Positions 1-13,074 of a stretch of DNA of 64,000 nt are shown piece after piece. The notes below the pieces were generated by a model that worked only from the letters and a program-made list of their open reading frames with translations, made no database searches and had not been told where the DNA came from. Every line of letters begins with the position of its first letter. Position 1 is the first letter of the stretch. Location: NCBI RefSeq assembly GCF_964204645.1, contig NC_134028.1, positions 18,359,653 to 18,423,652 of the forward strand. The letters are read 5' to 3'. Made by a program: the position numbers and the translations under genes. The stretch is from Tubulanus polymorphus. Taxonomy: Eukaryota > Animalia > Nemertea.

Positions 1-866
1 GAAAATTTTTCGAGGATACCACAATATTTAGCGAAACTACAGCAGATTAACTTACGGTAGCATATGATAACATTCTTTAAATATAAGGTGAATATAATGT
101 CTAATTTCTCATAGTCACACTCTTTTCCTCCCTTTGTGAATTATACATTTAAACGAATGAAAGAGCCCATCTTCGTATCAGTCCAAATGGTTTACACGCC
201 AAATGATGCCAAATTGTATAAAATTTCAATCAGAAAATTCATCAGTTTTGGTCAAACTACGTCCGTGTTATGGATTTTCAAAGAAAAATATAATCACCTT
301 CTCTCAACATAATCAGTAGCCTACTCAATCAATGTTTTCTGGATCCTTTCAACTTGAAAATTCAATTCTATAATTAAGATGTAAATAACATTACATAGGC
401 CTACATTTTTTCTAATTTCAGATTTTATGAAAAATCGTCATAATTAACCTCTAAATTGTTTCTTTTTTTCCAGACTATAGACTATATTTAAGTAACGATC
501 GGTGGATATAGAATGTTAGGCGCAAAGCTCAATACAAATTGGTAGGTGACCTGTAAATCAGATTTTTTTTAAATTTCATTTAGGGAGCATCTCAAAATTT
601 TAATAGTTCTGTTGATTAGAATAACTGTCTAATTGGTTTAAACCCCCCCCCACCGCCCCCCCCTTTGTTAGACCCATGCCATGTTAGACCCAAAATCAAT
701 AGTTGGAACTATTGATTTTCTAATGAGAGACCACAGACAAAGATGAGACATTCTCACGAGTGTACTTTGGTCACAACTTTTAATTCTCTTTTTATTCTTC
801 ATATTGTTTTTTTTTTAAACTTTTTTTAAATTTTTAATCAAACTCTAATAGACTTTATAAAAATAT

Positions 867-2197
867 CAAATATCTAAAGTGCCAACAGACAGTTAAATCT
901 ACTGCTTGTAATATAAATATATTTGAAACTGCGATTCAATTCAATGTTATCTTTATTGCTCACAATAAATTGATATTTCGACAGTCGTGATGAATCCGCA
1001 GGTGGCCTTATCCCCCTTTTGAGACTCATTCTAATTGAAGTATCTCTCAAATTTTGAGATGCTCCCTTATTTGAGAGAAACATCAACAGAATCTGAGCTC
1101 CGTTTGTCGACTATGAGGGCAACACTTTAAATGTGGCCGAGGGATTGATGTGGGAGTCTGATTTGAAGGATAAGCGGGCGATGAAGTGGCACCAGTACTC
1201 ATTAAATGGCGTATTTTGCTGGCATATAAATCGTCATCTGCTAATGAACTATTGCGATCATCGCCATTACTTAACTTGCCTCATGACATTGAGGGATTAT
1301 ACTCATCTTTCGAATAGTGTGTCTGGTATCAATTTTTGCCTCATCAACCTAGTGAAGAATGAATTGAATTTTCATGATATGAAAGACTACCAAAAATTTG
1401 TGTCACCTGCCTGCGATGAAGTTAAGATCAAAGATGGTCTAGTTTACGTAGCCCAGAAACTGGCGAATTATCCAGATTTTGCGACTTGGGCAACTTGAAC
1501 AATGAACTTGTAACTTTTTCGAATAACTACAAAGAAGATGGAGGTAATAATTGTGAAGCCGTTGCAACACATGCATTCATGATTCATGGGTTGTTTAATG
1601 AAATCCATAGCGTAATCACCAATTATCCATGCGTCAGTTTTGACAGTAATCAGATATGTTGGGTGATACAAAAAGTGCTGCAAGCTGTTGAACTGTCTGG
1701 TTTTCATTTAAAATATTTTGTTCGCGATGGTGCATCACCAAACAGATGTTTTTTTTCCAAACTACACCACGACATTGTACTTGATTTATCAATCAAATAT
1801 ATCTAAAGTACCAACAGACAGTTAAATCTACTGCTTGTAATATAAATATATTTGAAACTGCAATTCAATGCAATGTTATCTTTATTGCACCACAATAAAT
1901 CGATAGTTCGACAGTCGTGATGAATCCGCAGTCAGCCTTAACCCCCTACCCCCTTTCGCGAGTTATTCTAATTGAAGTAACTCTCGAAATTTTGAGATGC
2001 TCCATTATTTGAGAGAGACATCAACAGAATCTAAGCTCCATTTGTCGACTATGCGAGAAACACTTTAAATGTGGCTGAGGGATTGATGTGAGAGTCTGTG
2101 ATTTGAAGGATAAGCGGGCGATGAAATGGCACCAGTACTCATTAAATGGTGTATTTTGCTGGCATATAAATCATCATCTGCCATTGAACTATTGCGA
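867..2197 (+). repeat. About 390-bp diverged direct duplication (867-1257 vs about 1797-2197)
   Basis: Both copies run from aaatatctaaagt(g/a)ccaacagacagttaaatc to gaactattgcga, with scattered substitutions and indels. Confidence 0.85.
1133..1790 (+). pseudogene. P-element/THAP9-like transposase fragments
   Basis: Frameshifted ORFs contain CDEVKIKDGLVY, ATHAFMIHGL and DGASPNRCFF, resembling the P-element catalytic DE.KI and DG...NR motifs. Confidence 0.6.
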
Positions 2198-5094
2198 AGG
2201 ACCAGCATTTTGCACTCCAAAACCTGTATCATTGTGGATGAATCATATATTTCATATCTGAACCACCGCCTGCACCTGATGAGAATGATGAGGAACAATT
2301 GGGAAAATTCTGGATGGCACAATTAAACTAGGAATTCAATGCTTAGAATTATATACAATGACTTGCGTTTGTCAGTGAGAAAGGTTTAAAGCTCTGATAT
2401 TCATCTAAAATCAGAAATATGAAATTTGTCAATTCCAGTGGCTCGAAGAAGATTTCTTGCTATTCCTAGAGAACTGGCGAGGCTATAGTCTGGTGATGAT
2501 TTAACAAAAGCAAAGGAGAGTCGCCTAGCAAAAGTAAGCAAAAACTGGAAGGATTTCAAATCACCAATAATGAGTTATTTATTTGAGATGTATTTAAACT
2601 TAAAGTATAAAAGGCCCATCATCTGTCAGACATGGCAGTATCTCTGAACCCATGGAGCAGTCAAGAGCTCCGCTGTTGAAACTGGAATTTCCCTAATATC
2701 TCTGTCAGTTAACCGGTTTGGACCCTCCTTTTTGTCAGGAATATGTGTAAACATGTAATATAGTCATATCTATGGCTTAAAATTTAGTTTAAGCCCTCCT
2801 TCATGCATAAATTAGCAATTTACTTAGTGCATTCTTCAAATTTTCAAATCTTTGAATGACAAGCTGGGAGGAGTTATTCACCTCACCACAGATAGCACAG
2901 TGACCTGTAGTCATAAACCTATATAAACAAAACAGTTGCAGCTCTCTAGTGCGTAATTTTGGGGGTTAGAAAACTTTTGACCTGAAATTTGTATCAAACT
3001 GAAAATTTATATATCATCTTAACTCCTCATCAGTAACAATGTGTGAAAATTTCATCAAAATCGGACAAAAATTGAATAAATTGAAAATACAGATTTTATG
3101 TTCAACTCCATTATTACTGGAGGAATTCTTATAAAAAAACATCTACAAAATCAGCGAATTCTAATTAAGAAGATTACTATGACCAAAATGATATCAAACG
3201 TATACGAAAAAAGTTTTTTTTATGAGTCACTGTGATATACTGTCGGCCTTTAAACTTAAACATAACTTACATTTACAACATGAACAACTTCAACATATAA
3301 TTTTCTATATTTTAGTTGAGTCATTTGTATGCCTGACTTGAGAATTGGTGCTTAAACCTGAAGTGTAGTTCTTTTTGAGTGGGAAGTTAAGCCAAGATCC
3401 GCTGGAGATTCATTTCAGCAAACAGAGATCTTGTGGAGGCAAACATGAAAACCCGAACTCGCTCGAATTTTGGCGTAACGACAGAAAAATGCTTGTTGCT
3501 GGGTCGAAAGCAACTCTTGCCTTGTGATATGGCAACTGCCAAGTCGACGATTACTCAGTAATGGACGAAATCGATATTCGGAGAAGAAATGATCACTAAG
3601 TATGTTTATTATTTGATTTCAGCCTGTTATAAACTATGTTATGGGAAGCACTCAAATTTTTCGAAGGCTTTTCTTCTTTGTTGTACCTGTTTTTGGTTTC
3701 AATTTCTGTTTCACAAACATGTGTGAATTGACGAATCCTTTCTTTCGAATTTGTATCTAGCAAATCTTGTTTCAGCATATATCTTTTCAATTGATCACTA
3801 CTAAAGGTGCTGATATGGAATTCCACGAGAATAATATTGCCGGTCACTTAGTACAGTATCTTTAAGGATTTTTTAACGTTTCCTTTCAGATTTACTGAAT
3901 TTTATGTGACAAGCAGTGGGTTTATTTTCAAATTTTTAAACCCTCTCATTAACACAGAAAAGTCCACCACGATTACAAATATCAATTAGTCGTTTAGTAT
4001 AGTCAAGAAATGTTGATGCACTCGAAATATCTTCAGTTCTCCAAGAGGTAAAAATTGTTGCATTATTTGCCGCCATAACAGAATTCTCCTTTTTAATTGA
4101 TTTATAGCCTATGTAAAGTTTTTAAGTTGAAATGCAACATATCCAGCTACATAACGAATAATTTGTTCGTTTTTATGGTTGAAGACCATATAGGGATTGT
4201 CGCTAGTAAAAATTCTGCCGTTCACAGAAAACACCCGTAGTATCTCTACTGCCATGGATATAGTCCCATAATGTTGTAATGATATAGAACTGATAATCTG
4301 ATAAAAAGTTGTCTGTCACGCCTCATTTGCCTATATCCATGATCCTAGCTATGACTATTGTTTATCCTGTTTTACTTGTTGGTCCAAAACAAAAATCGTG
4401 ACGAATTATGGAAAGTTTTGAGGCACATGAAGGGCTCACCATATCAGTGAATTGTCTAAATCGGTTTTACTCAGTAATGAAATATTATCCCCATCACTAT
4501 CATCACAGGTGCTTGCGCACTTATACATTCGTAAGTAATCCATAGATACTGCGCAGTTCGTGGTTTACACTGACAGGGAGAGTATTGGTAGGGTGGTCTC
4601 TGCGGTGTTTGTCAGTCGCCAGCCCAGATTTTATTTCTTGAAAGCGCTGCTGGTGAGGGATTTTCTTCATGCAATGAAAATTACCAGTAATGCCAGCCGT
4701 TATCACATATATCTATACAAACTACGCCATTCAAATATGCTGTATTCTTGGGAATACGCTGAGTTAGCATGGGTAGTAGGTTAGTGTGTAGAGACAGCGG
4801 TGCTGCATACACAGCAAGATAATCTGCTGCGTCCCGCCTAAAACACAGGCCGACTCAGATTGACTGACGCGAAAAAATCAAACTGTTTGGGTTAGGGTTA
4901 AGTTAGGCTTAGGTTTAGGTTAAAAAATAAATTCTCGCACACTCGAATTTATTTTTTATTTTTTGCTCACTCGACCCTTCAACCTTTGATATGAAACAAC
5001 TAAACCCCTATTACTCTTAAAATATTCATATATATGAATAAAATATAAATGAATAACTTCTAAAATCAATTTTAATAAAAGATTTAGTATTAAA

Positions 5095-8000
5095 ATGGAA
5101 GCAAATAAGTACTACTGTTCAACATGTAAAATCAATATAGATAAATCCCAAAAAGCAAGACACAATAAAACTAAAACACATTTAGAGAATAAATTGAAAC
5201 TAGAATATAAAGATGATATATTAGAAACTAAATTAGAAGAATTAAAGAATGAAAAAGAAACATACAAATGTGATACATGTAATCAATCATTCAGTGATAA
5301 AAGATATTATAAAGAACATTTAAAATCTAAAAGCCATATTAGAAATATGAATAATGATATTTTAGGTGAAGATTATTTTGATAATGATAACGATAAGAAA
5401 CATAAGACAATTAAAAGAATAAGAAATAAATTAAACAATAAAAGACCATACATGGAAGATGTAAGAAATTATATTAATTCATTAGATAATAAAAAAGATA
5501 TAGAGATAACCGAAGCATTTAAAAGTGATATTGGCCCAGCAGGTATCGAGTTTAAATTTCATAAAGGAAAAACATTAGAAGAAAATAAAAAACATTTAGA
5601 AAATATGAAAAATATTATAAAAATAATAACTGATGTTGAATATCCTAAAATTAGTATATCTTCTAAAGTAAAGTTTACAAAATCTGAAGATAAACCAATA
5701 TATAATATAAATTCTCATTCACAACATATTATATCTAAACAACATATAGATGATAAATTAGATAAATGTTATAATGAAGTAAAAACTAAAATAGAAGAGA
5801 AATATTTTGAAGGATCTGGTTTAATATTTGATGAAATAATATTTATGACTTTACATGTTTATAACACAAAATATAATAAGTTAACTAAATCAAAACCAAT
5901 AGATGAAAATAATGTATCATATTATAAAGAACCAGATATTGAAGCATTGAGTTATATATTAAACTGCCATTTAAAACTAATGCTGTAATAAATGTACAAA
6001 ATTTTGATGATAAATGTTTTCTATGGACAATTATAAGTTGCTTACATCCAACAGAAGATATTACACATAGTTTTAGATTAACTCATTATAAACCATTTGA
6101 AAATAATTATAAGATAGATAAGTATCCTGTTAGAATTAAAAACATCCCAAAAATAGAAAGAGATAATAATATAAAGATAAATGTATTTGATTTAATCAAA
6201 TTACCAAATACAAAAGGTAACAATATAAAACATTATACATTAGACCGTTTATATCTATCAAAAGATTATGATTCAAATGATGTTATAGATATACTATATT
6301 ATGAAAATCATTATATGTGGATTAAAAGAATTGATTTATTTTTTAAATCAGAAAATGATTTTGATAATAGAATATATCTACGTAGAAGATGTTTACATAA
6401 ATTCAGAACTGAAAGTGCATTATTAAATCATAAACAATTATGTGAAAATCATGATTATTGTAAATTAGTTTTACCAAATGAAAAGGATAAAATATTAGAA
6501 TGCAAAAAATATGATTACAAAAATGAAGTACCATTTGTAATATATGGAGATTTTGAATCATTAAATAAAGAACTAACTGATCAAGATAGAAAAGAAATAT
6601 ATTATAAAAGAAAGAAATTAAATTCTAATGAAAGTGATTTTTCAGATGAACCACCAAAAACAAATACAATTAAAAAGATTCATCAATCAGCTGCTGCTTT
6701 CGGGTTATATATAAAATCTGATTATCCAGAACTAATTAAAAGTGAATATTATCATTATAGAAATGAAAACGTTATTAATCATTTTTGTGACTTATTAATT
6801 GAATATGAAATAAGATTTAGTAAATTATTGAATACAAATAAAGAAATAATTATGACAGAAGAAGATAAAGAAGAATTTGTGTTTACAGGTAAATGTTATT
6901 ATTGTGAAAAGATATTTAATTATAAAGATAAAAAAGTCAGAGACCATGATCATTTGAATGGAAAGTTTAGAGGTGCTGCACATGAGAATTGTAACTTACA
7001 AGCTTACAAGAAAATTAATATGATGCTCATTTATTTATCAAACAGCTATGTTATAAAATAGAAGAAATTAATAATGAAATAGAAAGATTAAATTCAAATA
7101 GATCAAAAGATAAAATACCAACTTATAAATTTAAAATGTTAGCTAAAACATCTGAGAATTATATATCATTCCAATTTGGTTGCCTAAGATTTATAGATTT
7201 TTAAATAGTTCATTAGATAACTTATCAAAATCATTAGTTGATGATGAATTAAAAATATTAAAGCAACACTACCCAAATAATGATGATTTCCAATTAATGA
7301 GATATAAAGGCGCAATTCCATATTCTTTCTATAAAAATCATGATGATTTTAACATAACTGAATTATTGAAAGAACAATTCTATGATGAATTAAAAAATGA
7401 ATATGTTAAAGATGAAGTCTATAATAGAACATTGAATATTTGGAATCATTTCAAAATAGAAAATCATGGGCAATTTGTAGATTCATATCTAAAATCAGAT
7501 GTATTATTATTAACCGATATATTCGAAAGGTTTAGAGATGTAAACCAAAAATATTTTAATATTGGTCCTTGTCATTGTTATTCAAGTCCAGGATTAACAT
7601 GGGATTATGGATTAAAATTCACAGATATAAAAATGGATTTGATAACAAATATAGATCAATTATTATTATTTAAAAAATCTATAAGAGGAGGAGTTTCAGG
7701 TGTATTAGGGGATAGATATTTCAATGTAAATGATAACCCTGGATATAAGTTATTATATATAGATGCAAATAATTTGTATGGTTGGACAATGATGGAACCA
7801 CAACCTTATGGAGTATTTGAAATAAGTGAAGTTTCACAACATGAAAATAATGATAAATTTGATTGGAAGAAAAGAATCCTAGATATTGCAGATGATTCAG
7901 ATACTGGTTACTTCTTTGTTGTAGATTTAGAATATCCTGAACATATTAAATTTAAATCTAGAAATCTAGCATACTGTCCAGAACATAAAACTGTAACTCA

Positions 8001-9009
8001 TGAAGAATTATCAAATTACCAAAAAAGAATTAAACCCGAAAATCATATTCATACATAAAAGTTAATGGTAACTCAAGAAGATAAATATAATTATGTAGTA
8101 CATTATAGAATGTTAAAGTTTTATCTAAAACAAGGAATGATCCTAAAAAAAGTACATAGTTATATTTCATTTAGTCAATCTAAGTGGTTAGAAAAATATA
8201 TAGATTTTAACACCAAACAGAGAACTGAAGCTAAAACTGATTTCGAGCAAGATTTCTTCAAGTTAATGAATAATGCATTCTATGGTAAGACTTGTGAAAA
8301 TATTAGAAATAGAAATCATATTGAGTTAGTAAGTAATGGCAAAAGGATAAGGCATTTACAATCATATCCTAAGTTTTTAGGTAACAGAATATTTGATGAA
8401 AATTTAGCCGCAGTTAAAATGAGAAGAACATCAATGAAATTTAATAAACCAATCTATGTTGGAGCATCAGTTTTAGAATTATCAAAATTACTAATGTATG
8501 AATTCTATTATAATGTATTACAACCACTTTTTGGAGAAAAACATATAGAAATCTTATATTTTGATACTGACAGTTACATATTAAAGATAAAAACTAATAA
8601 CATAACAGATGATTTAAAAACATTCAAACATCATTTTGATTTCAGTAATTATCCTAAAAATCATGAATTGTTTAGCAATGATAATAAAAAAGTTCCTGGT
8701 AAATTCAAAGATAAATTAGGTGGTGAAGAAATGATTGAATTCATTGGTATTAGATCTAAAATGTATTCATATAAAACTAAAGAACATGAAGCTAAAAAGT
8801 TAAAAGGAATAACCAAAAGTGTAGTAGAAAAGAATATTCATTTCAAAGATTACATCAATTGTATATTCAATGAAGAAGTTAGAAAACATAAGATGAGATG
8901 TTTAAGATCTGAAGATCATGAAATGTTTATTGAAGAAATTGAAAAGATAAGTCTAAACCCATTTGATGATAAAAGATATATTTTAGATGATGGAATTCAT
9001 ACTTTTTAA
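5095..9009 (+). pseudogene. polB: Protein-primed DNA polymerase B with N-terminal C2H2 fingers and an endonuclease VII-like insert
   Basis: Four ORF pieces. Exo I VIYGDFES; CYYC..KVRDHDHLNGKFRGAAHENCN; YLKSDVLLL; pol motifs YIDANNLYG, KLMNNAFYGK and YFDTDS; KKVPGKFKD. Confidence 0.95.
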
Positions 9010-9038
9010 TCAAATTTTAATAAAAATATGTATTATAA

Positions 9039-9392
9039 ATGGAGAGTAAACAATCGCACAGTGAGAACAACAAATTATTTTTAGATAGAATAAAAGATAC
9101 TTCAAATGTCAAATCAGTAGATTATAAATTTAGGAAGTTAAAAGAATTAATAATCCATAAGAAATATCTAATTACAAATATTGATACAGTTACTAACAAA
9201 TATGGAGATAAATTAGTTATACACTTAGAATATGAAGGATTAAAAGGAAATACATATAAATTCAGAACATATTTACCAGATATATTTCATAGATTATCAA
9301 GTGAAGATCTAGAAGAATTATGTTCTGGAGATTTCTATTTCGTATACAAAGGTAAGAATGAAAAAGGGCGCCATGAAATAGATTTCGAATAA
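9039..9392 (+). CDS. Small viral protein, possibly OB-fold/ssDNA-binding
   Basis: Intact 117 aa with TAAATG start, directly after polB. Beta-rich pattern YLITNI..VTNKYGDKLVIHL..TYLP. Confidence 0.5.
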   Translation: MESKQSHSENNKLFLDRIKDTSNVKSVDYKFRKLKELIIHKKYLITNIDTVTNKYGDKLVIHLEYEGLKGNTYKFRTYLPDIFHRLSSEDLEELCSGDFYFVYKGKNEKGRHEIDFE

Positions 9393-9409
9393 GAAAATAT
9401 GTAAAATAA

Positions 9410-10162
9410 ATGGTAGAATTAAAAGAATACAGAATATTTGTTGATTCTAGAAAACTTACAAATTATAAATCACATAATTTACTAGTTCAATTAGATAGAG
9501 AATTTAAGAATTGTGTTGATTTAAAATTAGTTAATATAAGTTTATGTAATTCTTTTTACAATGTATCGGATAAAAGTCTTGAACATTTATTTATTTCAAT
9601 CAGGAGTAAGAATATATGGAATTATCTATTTTTAAAACCAGGATTATATAATTTAGAATCATTAACGCAAGAAATTAATAAAAAAGCTCGGATCAAATTA
9701 GGTAGTGATGCTGGCTTTAACGTTAGATTTTTGAAAAGTGATAATTCTAATAAAATGAAGATAAGGTTAGCTCATAATGAAAAATATCAATTTTCAGTTA
9801 AAAAACCTGTAGCTAAACTGTTAGGAATTACACCAGATAAACTTAATTCAAATGTTGATACTACACCAAATATAATACCTTACACACATTTCTATATTTA
9901 TTGCAATTTAATTGATCCTACAAAAACATTTGAAGCAACTAAAGATAAAACTTGCAATTCTAGTATACTAAATATTTTACCATTAAAAAATGTTAAACAA
10001 TTTGGAACTGAAATAAATTATAATTTAACAGAATGTGATTTTAAACCTTGCATTCCACATTTCAATAATTTCAAATTAGAAATAAGAAATCATAATGGAT
10101 ATTTAATTGATTTAAATAACTTTCCTGTGATATATGAATTAGTTATAAGATGTAGAGAGTAA
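9410..10162 (+). CDS. Minor capsid (penton-like) protein
   Basis: Intact 250 aa. N-terminal IFVDSR, YIYCNLID and C-terminal LEIRNHNGYLIDLNNFPVIYELVI resemble Polinton/virophage single-jelly-roll pentons. Confidence 0.75.
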   Translation: MVELKEYRIFVDSRKLTNYKSHNLLVQLDREFKNCVDLKLVNISLCNSFYNVSDKSLEHLFISIRSKNIWNYLFLKPGLYNLESLTQEINKKARIKLGSDAGFNVRFLKSDNSNKMKIRLAHNEKYQFSVKKPVAKLLGITPDKLNSNVDTTPNIIPYTHFYIYCNLIDPTKTFEATKDKTCNSSILNILPLKNVKQFGTEINYNLTECDFKPCIPHFNNFKLEIRNHNGYLIDLNNFPVIYELVIRCRE

Positions 10163-10178
10163 TTTTTTCATTATATAA

Positions 10179-10538
10179 ATGAATATAACTGTTGGACCGA
10201 GTATATGTTTTGGGTTTGATTTTAAACATGAGAAAGAAATGAAATTTAACATTAATGATGTAATTACACATATTAAAAATATTGCATTTTCTGATGAAAC
10301 AACATTTGAGTATGAAAAAACAATAGATAAAGAAACTTCAAATGTAGAAAAGATTACTGATTTAATTAGAGAATCTTTAAGATTTTATGAATTAGATGAA
10401 GATTTTATCATAGATGATATTAAAAACATATTAACCAAAATATATGATAATCCTGAAACTAGTAATGAAATAAATGTTGAAATAATTATAAATAAGATAA
10501 CTAAATATTTTGATGATAGTAATTTTTTTGATAAATAA
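10179..10538 (+). CDS. Acidic hypothetical viral protein
   Basis: Intact 119 aa with T6-N7-TAAATG start. Confidence 0.65.
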   Translation: MNITVGPSICFGFDFKHEKEMKFNINDVITHIKNIAFSDETTFEYEKTIDKETSNVEKITDLIRESLRFYELDEDFIIDDIKNILTKIYDNPETSNEINVEIIINKITKYFDDSNFFDK

Positions 10539-10760
10539 ATAAGTGATAATAAGTGGATAATAACTGGATTATATAATGGAGCATTACTATCAGTTGGAAC
10601 TTTTGGTTATTCAATGGTATTAAAAAAAGTATTCAAAATGGGAAGTGTTAATGTTGATAGATTTGATATAAATGATATCTTGAAATTAACATTAGCAGTT
10701 ACTTTATCTAATTTAACTATTGATTATTTGGAAAAACAAAAATATATTCCTCCCATATAA
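10539..10760 (+). pseudogene. Small hydrophobic viral protein with start codon mutated (ATG to ATA); not in ORF track
   Basis: 73 open codons, SDNKWIITGLYNGALLSVGTFGYSMVLKKVF...LEKQKYIPPI. Preceded by T7-N6-TAAATA and fills the intergenic gap. Confidence 0.65.
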
Positions 10761-10784
10761 ATGCGTAATTATTTTACTAAATAA

Positions 10785-11207
10785 ATGGCTTCTGCAATTA
10801 TAACTATTGTAGGATCGGCAATTGTTAACGCTTTAGCATTTACTGGTGGTGGTTATTTATTTAAGCATATTGATAAAAATAGTTCATTAGGAGAACAAAG
10901 AAGACGTAACTTAGCATTAGAAAAATACAATAAAGCAGCAGAAGAATATAGAGAAAAGAGGCAAAACTATATGGATTATATTAACAAGGAATTATATGAT
11001 CAGAAGATTTCACATAGAGATTTTCAATCAGTCGATGATGCAATGAGTTTATATAACGCAGTAACTAATAAAGAAAAATTACATCTATACAAACCTAAAT
11101 TATCAGATTATTATACCCCAAGTAAAGAACAAAAGAAATATGAAATAATATGGATTTTAGGTGGAACTGTGATCGTTATATTTGTAGCATATAGATTTAC
11201 TAATTAG
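10785..11207 (+). CDS. Viral membrane protein (hydrophobic N- and C-termini)
   Basis: 140 aa: MASAIITIVGSAIVNALAFTGGG, a charged helical middle, and IIWILGGTVIVIFVAY. Confidence 0.7.
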   Translation: MASAIITIVGSAIVNALAFTGGGYLFKHIDKNSSLGEQRRRNLALEKYNKAAEEYREKRQNYMDYINKELYDQKISHRDFQSVDDAMSLYNAVTNKEKLHLYKPKLSDYYTPSKEQKKYEIIWILGGTVIVIFVAYRFTN

Positions 11208-11227
11208 TAATTTTTTTTGCTAAATAA

Positions 11228-11653
11228 ATGGATGATAATATTGATATTATTCCTCATGATATAAATAAAACTAAATTAAAAATATATTTAGAAAAACAAA
11301 TATTAGAATTTGAAAATGATTTAAAAGTTAAAAAGAAAAAATATTTAAAATCTAAAATTATATATTATTTGATTATAAGTGGTTCGGTTACAATTAGGTC
11401 TGTAATAACATTTTTAGCAATATTCAGTCCATTAACACCTTTAGCTATATCAATTGGCGTACTAGGATTAAGTTCAAGTGTTTTAACTGGTATAAGTTCA
11501 AAATTAAATATAAAAAGTAATAAAGAAAAAATTAAAACTAATATTAAAGAAATCAATAAATTAAAAAATACACTAGATTATATAATAAGTTTAAATGGCC
11601 ATATAACTGTTGAAGAACAAGATAAATTATTAAAAGAATTAGTTAATTATTAA
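11228..11653 (+). CDS. Viral two-TM membrane protein
   Basis: 141 aa with a central hydrophobic hairpin flanked by Lys-rich helices; T8-N6-TAAATG start. Confidence 0.7.
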   Translation: MDDNIDIIPHDINKTKLKIYLEKQILEFENDLKVKKKKYLKSKIIYYLIISGSVTIRSVITFLAIFSPLTPLAISIGVLGLSSSVLTGISSKLNIKSNKEKIKTNIKEINKLKNTLDYIISLNGHITVEEQDKLLKELVNY

Positions 11654-11669
11654 TTTTTTAATTATATAA

Positions 11670-13058
11670 ATGGCAGATAGTTTTCCAAAAGCTTTCCAAT
11701 ATAATAAATCAATTAAATATAATATTCCTGCAATAGATTTTAATAAAGATATTACATATAGAAATGAAGTTTTAGATTCATTAACTAATTTAGAAATTTA
11801 TGTTACTGAAACTTATAATTTTAATGCAAAGATGGAAAATATATTTCATGTATATTTAAATAATTTTAAAAAATTGAAAGATGAAAAACAATAGTTATTA
11901 AAATCTAATATGAAGTATTGGCAGAACCAATTAAATTTTGCTGTTTATTGCGCTACAACAGGATGTGGAATAAGTTGGAATGATCATTTGAATAATTTTA
12001 AATATAAATTAATTCAAAGTTTATTTAGATTTCATACATACTTTCAAATCAGAATAATATTAAATGAATTAGAGTGTGCTTTACCAGGATCTAGATATTT
12101 TAAAGAATTAGATAATATTATTAATTTATCAAAGTTTTATAAAATTTGCAATGAATTTAATATAGATATAAATAATTCTAATTTTAGAACAAAAATTGGA
12201 ACAATAAGATCACTTCCTTGCCCTGAAAATATTTTACAATATTGTACACTTCCCATACCATCTAATAGCTTTTATAATATCTATAATAATAAATTAGGTT
12301 ATGGTAAAATAGAAACAAAGGATTTAGAAACATTAAATTTCAATAAATTACCGAAATTTTATGATCATTTAAAACAAGAAAACAATAATGCTTGGGTTTA
12401 TTTCATTTTAGAAAATAATGAAGGTTTTACAAAATCAGGTATACAAAGAATAAATCAATCTATTAGAACTTATTTGATATGTATTCTAGGATCACAGGTT
12501 GAAACAAGATCCCCAATAATTGGAAATTTAAATACATCATTTGATACACAGAAACAATTAAAAGTATTATTTGAAGATTCCATTCATAATGATAAAAATA
12601 GATCGATTCCAGAAAACATTGTAAGATATCAAAATTATTTAGATAAATCACATATTAGATTAAATTATTGTATAGGCCCTAATCTATTAATTATTTCTAA
12701 TGATTTAGTATTAAAGATGGGAAATATAATTGGTTATAATAATCTAATTAAAACTGCAACAATAAATAATTCATTTGGATTAAATGATATAAATAAAAAG
12801 ATTATTACTGCTCCAAAATTAATGGAAGGTGAAAAAAATAAAAAACACATTCAATCAACAGAAACTAAAACTAAGAATATTAAATTAAATAATGATTCTA
12901 AAATAAAAGATTACAATACATCAGAAGATATAAAAACTGATAATATTCAACATGATATAATTAAACTAAATGATGATAATAAATCCCATGAAAATACTAA
13001 ATTAGCTATAACTTGTATAGGAATTGTAATCGGAGGAATATTATATTTTAAATTTTAA
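11670..13058 (+). pseudogene. About 460-aa viral protein with C-terminal TM anchor; one premature stop
   Basis: ORFs 11670 and 11910 are in the same frame, split by TAG at 11892-11894. Contains YWQNQLNFAVYCATTGCGISW and ends LAITCIGIVIGGILYFKF. Confidence 0.7.
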
Positions 13059-13074
13059 TTTTTTTATTATGTAA

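Noticed and set aside
3300-4100. Possible hAT/THAP-type transposase remnant on the minus strand
   Set aside because: Only vague motif echoes in broken frames; not supportable.
4771-4790. GTAGTAG as the canonical Maverick left terminus
   Set aside because: No matching inverted terminus or 6-bp TSD could be found at 26275 or 31747.
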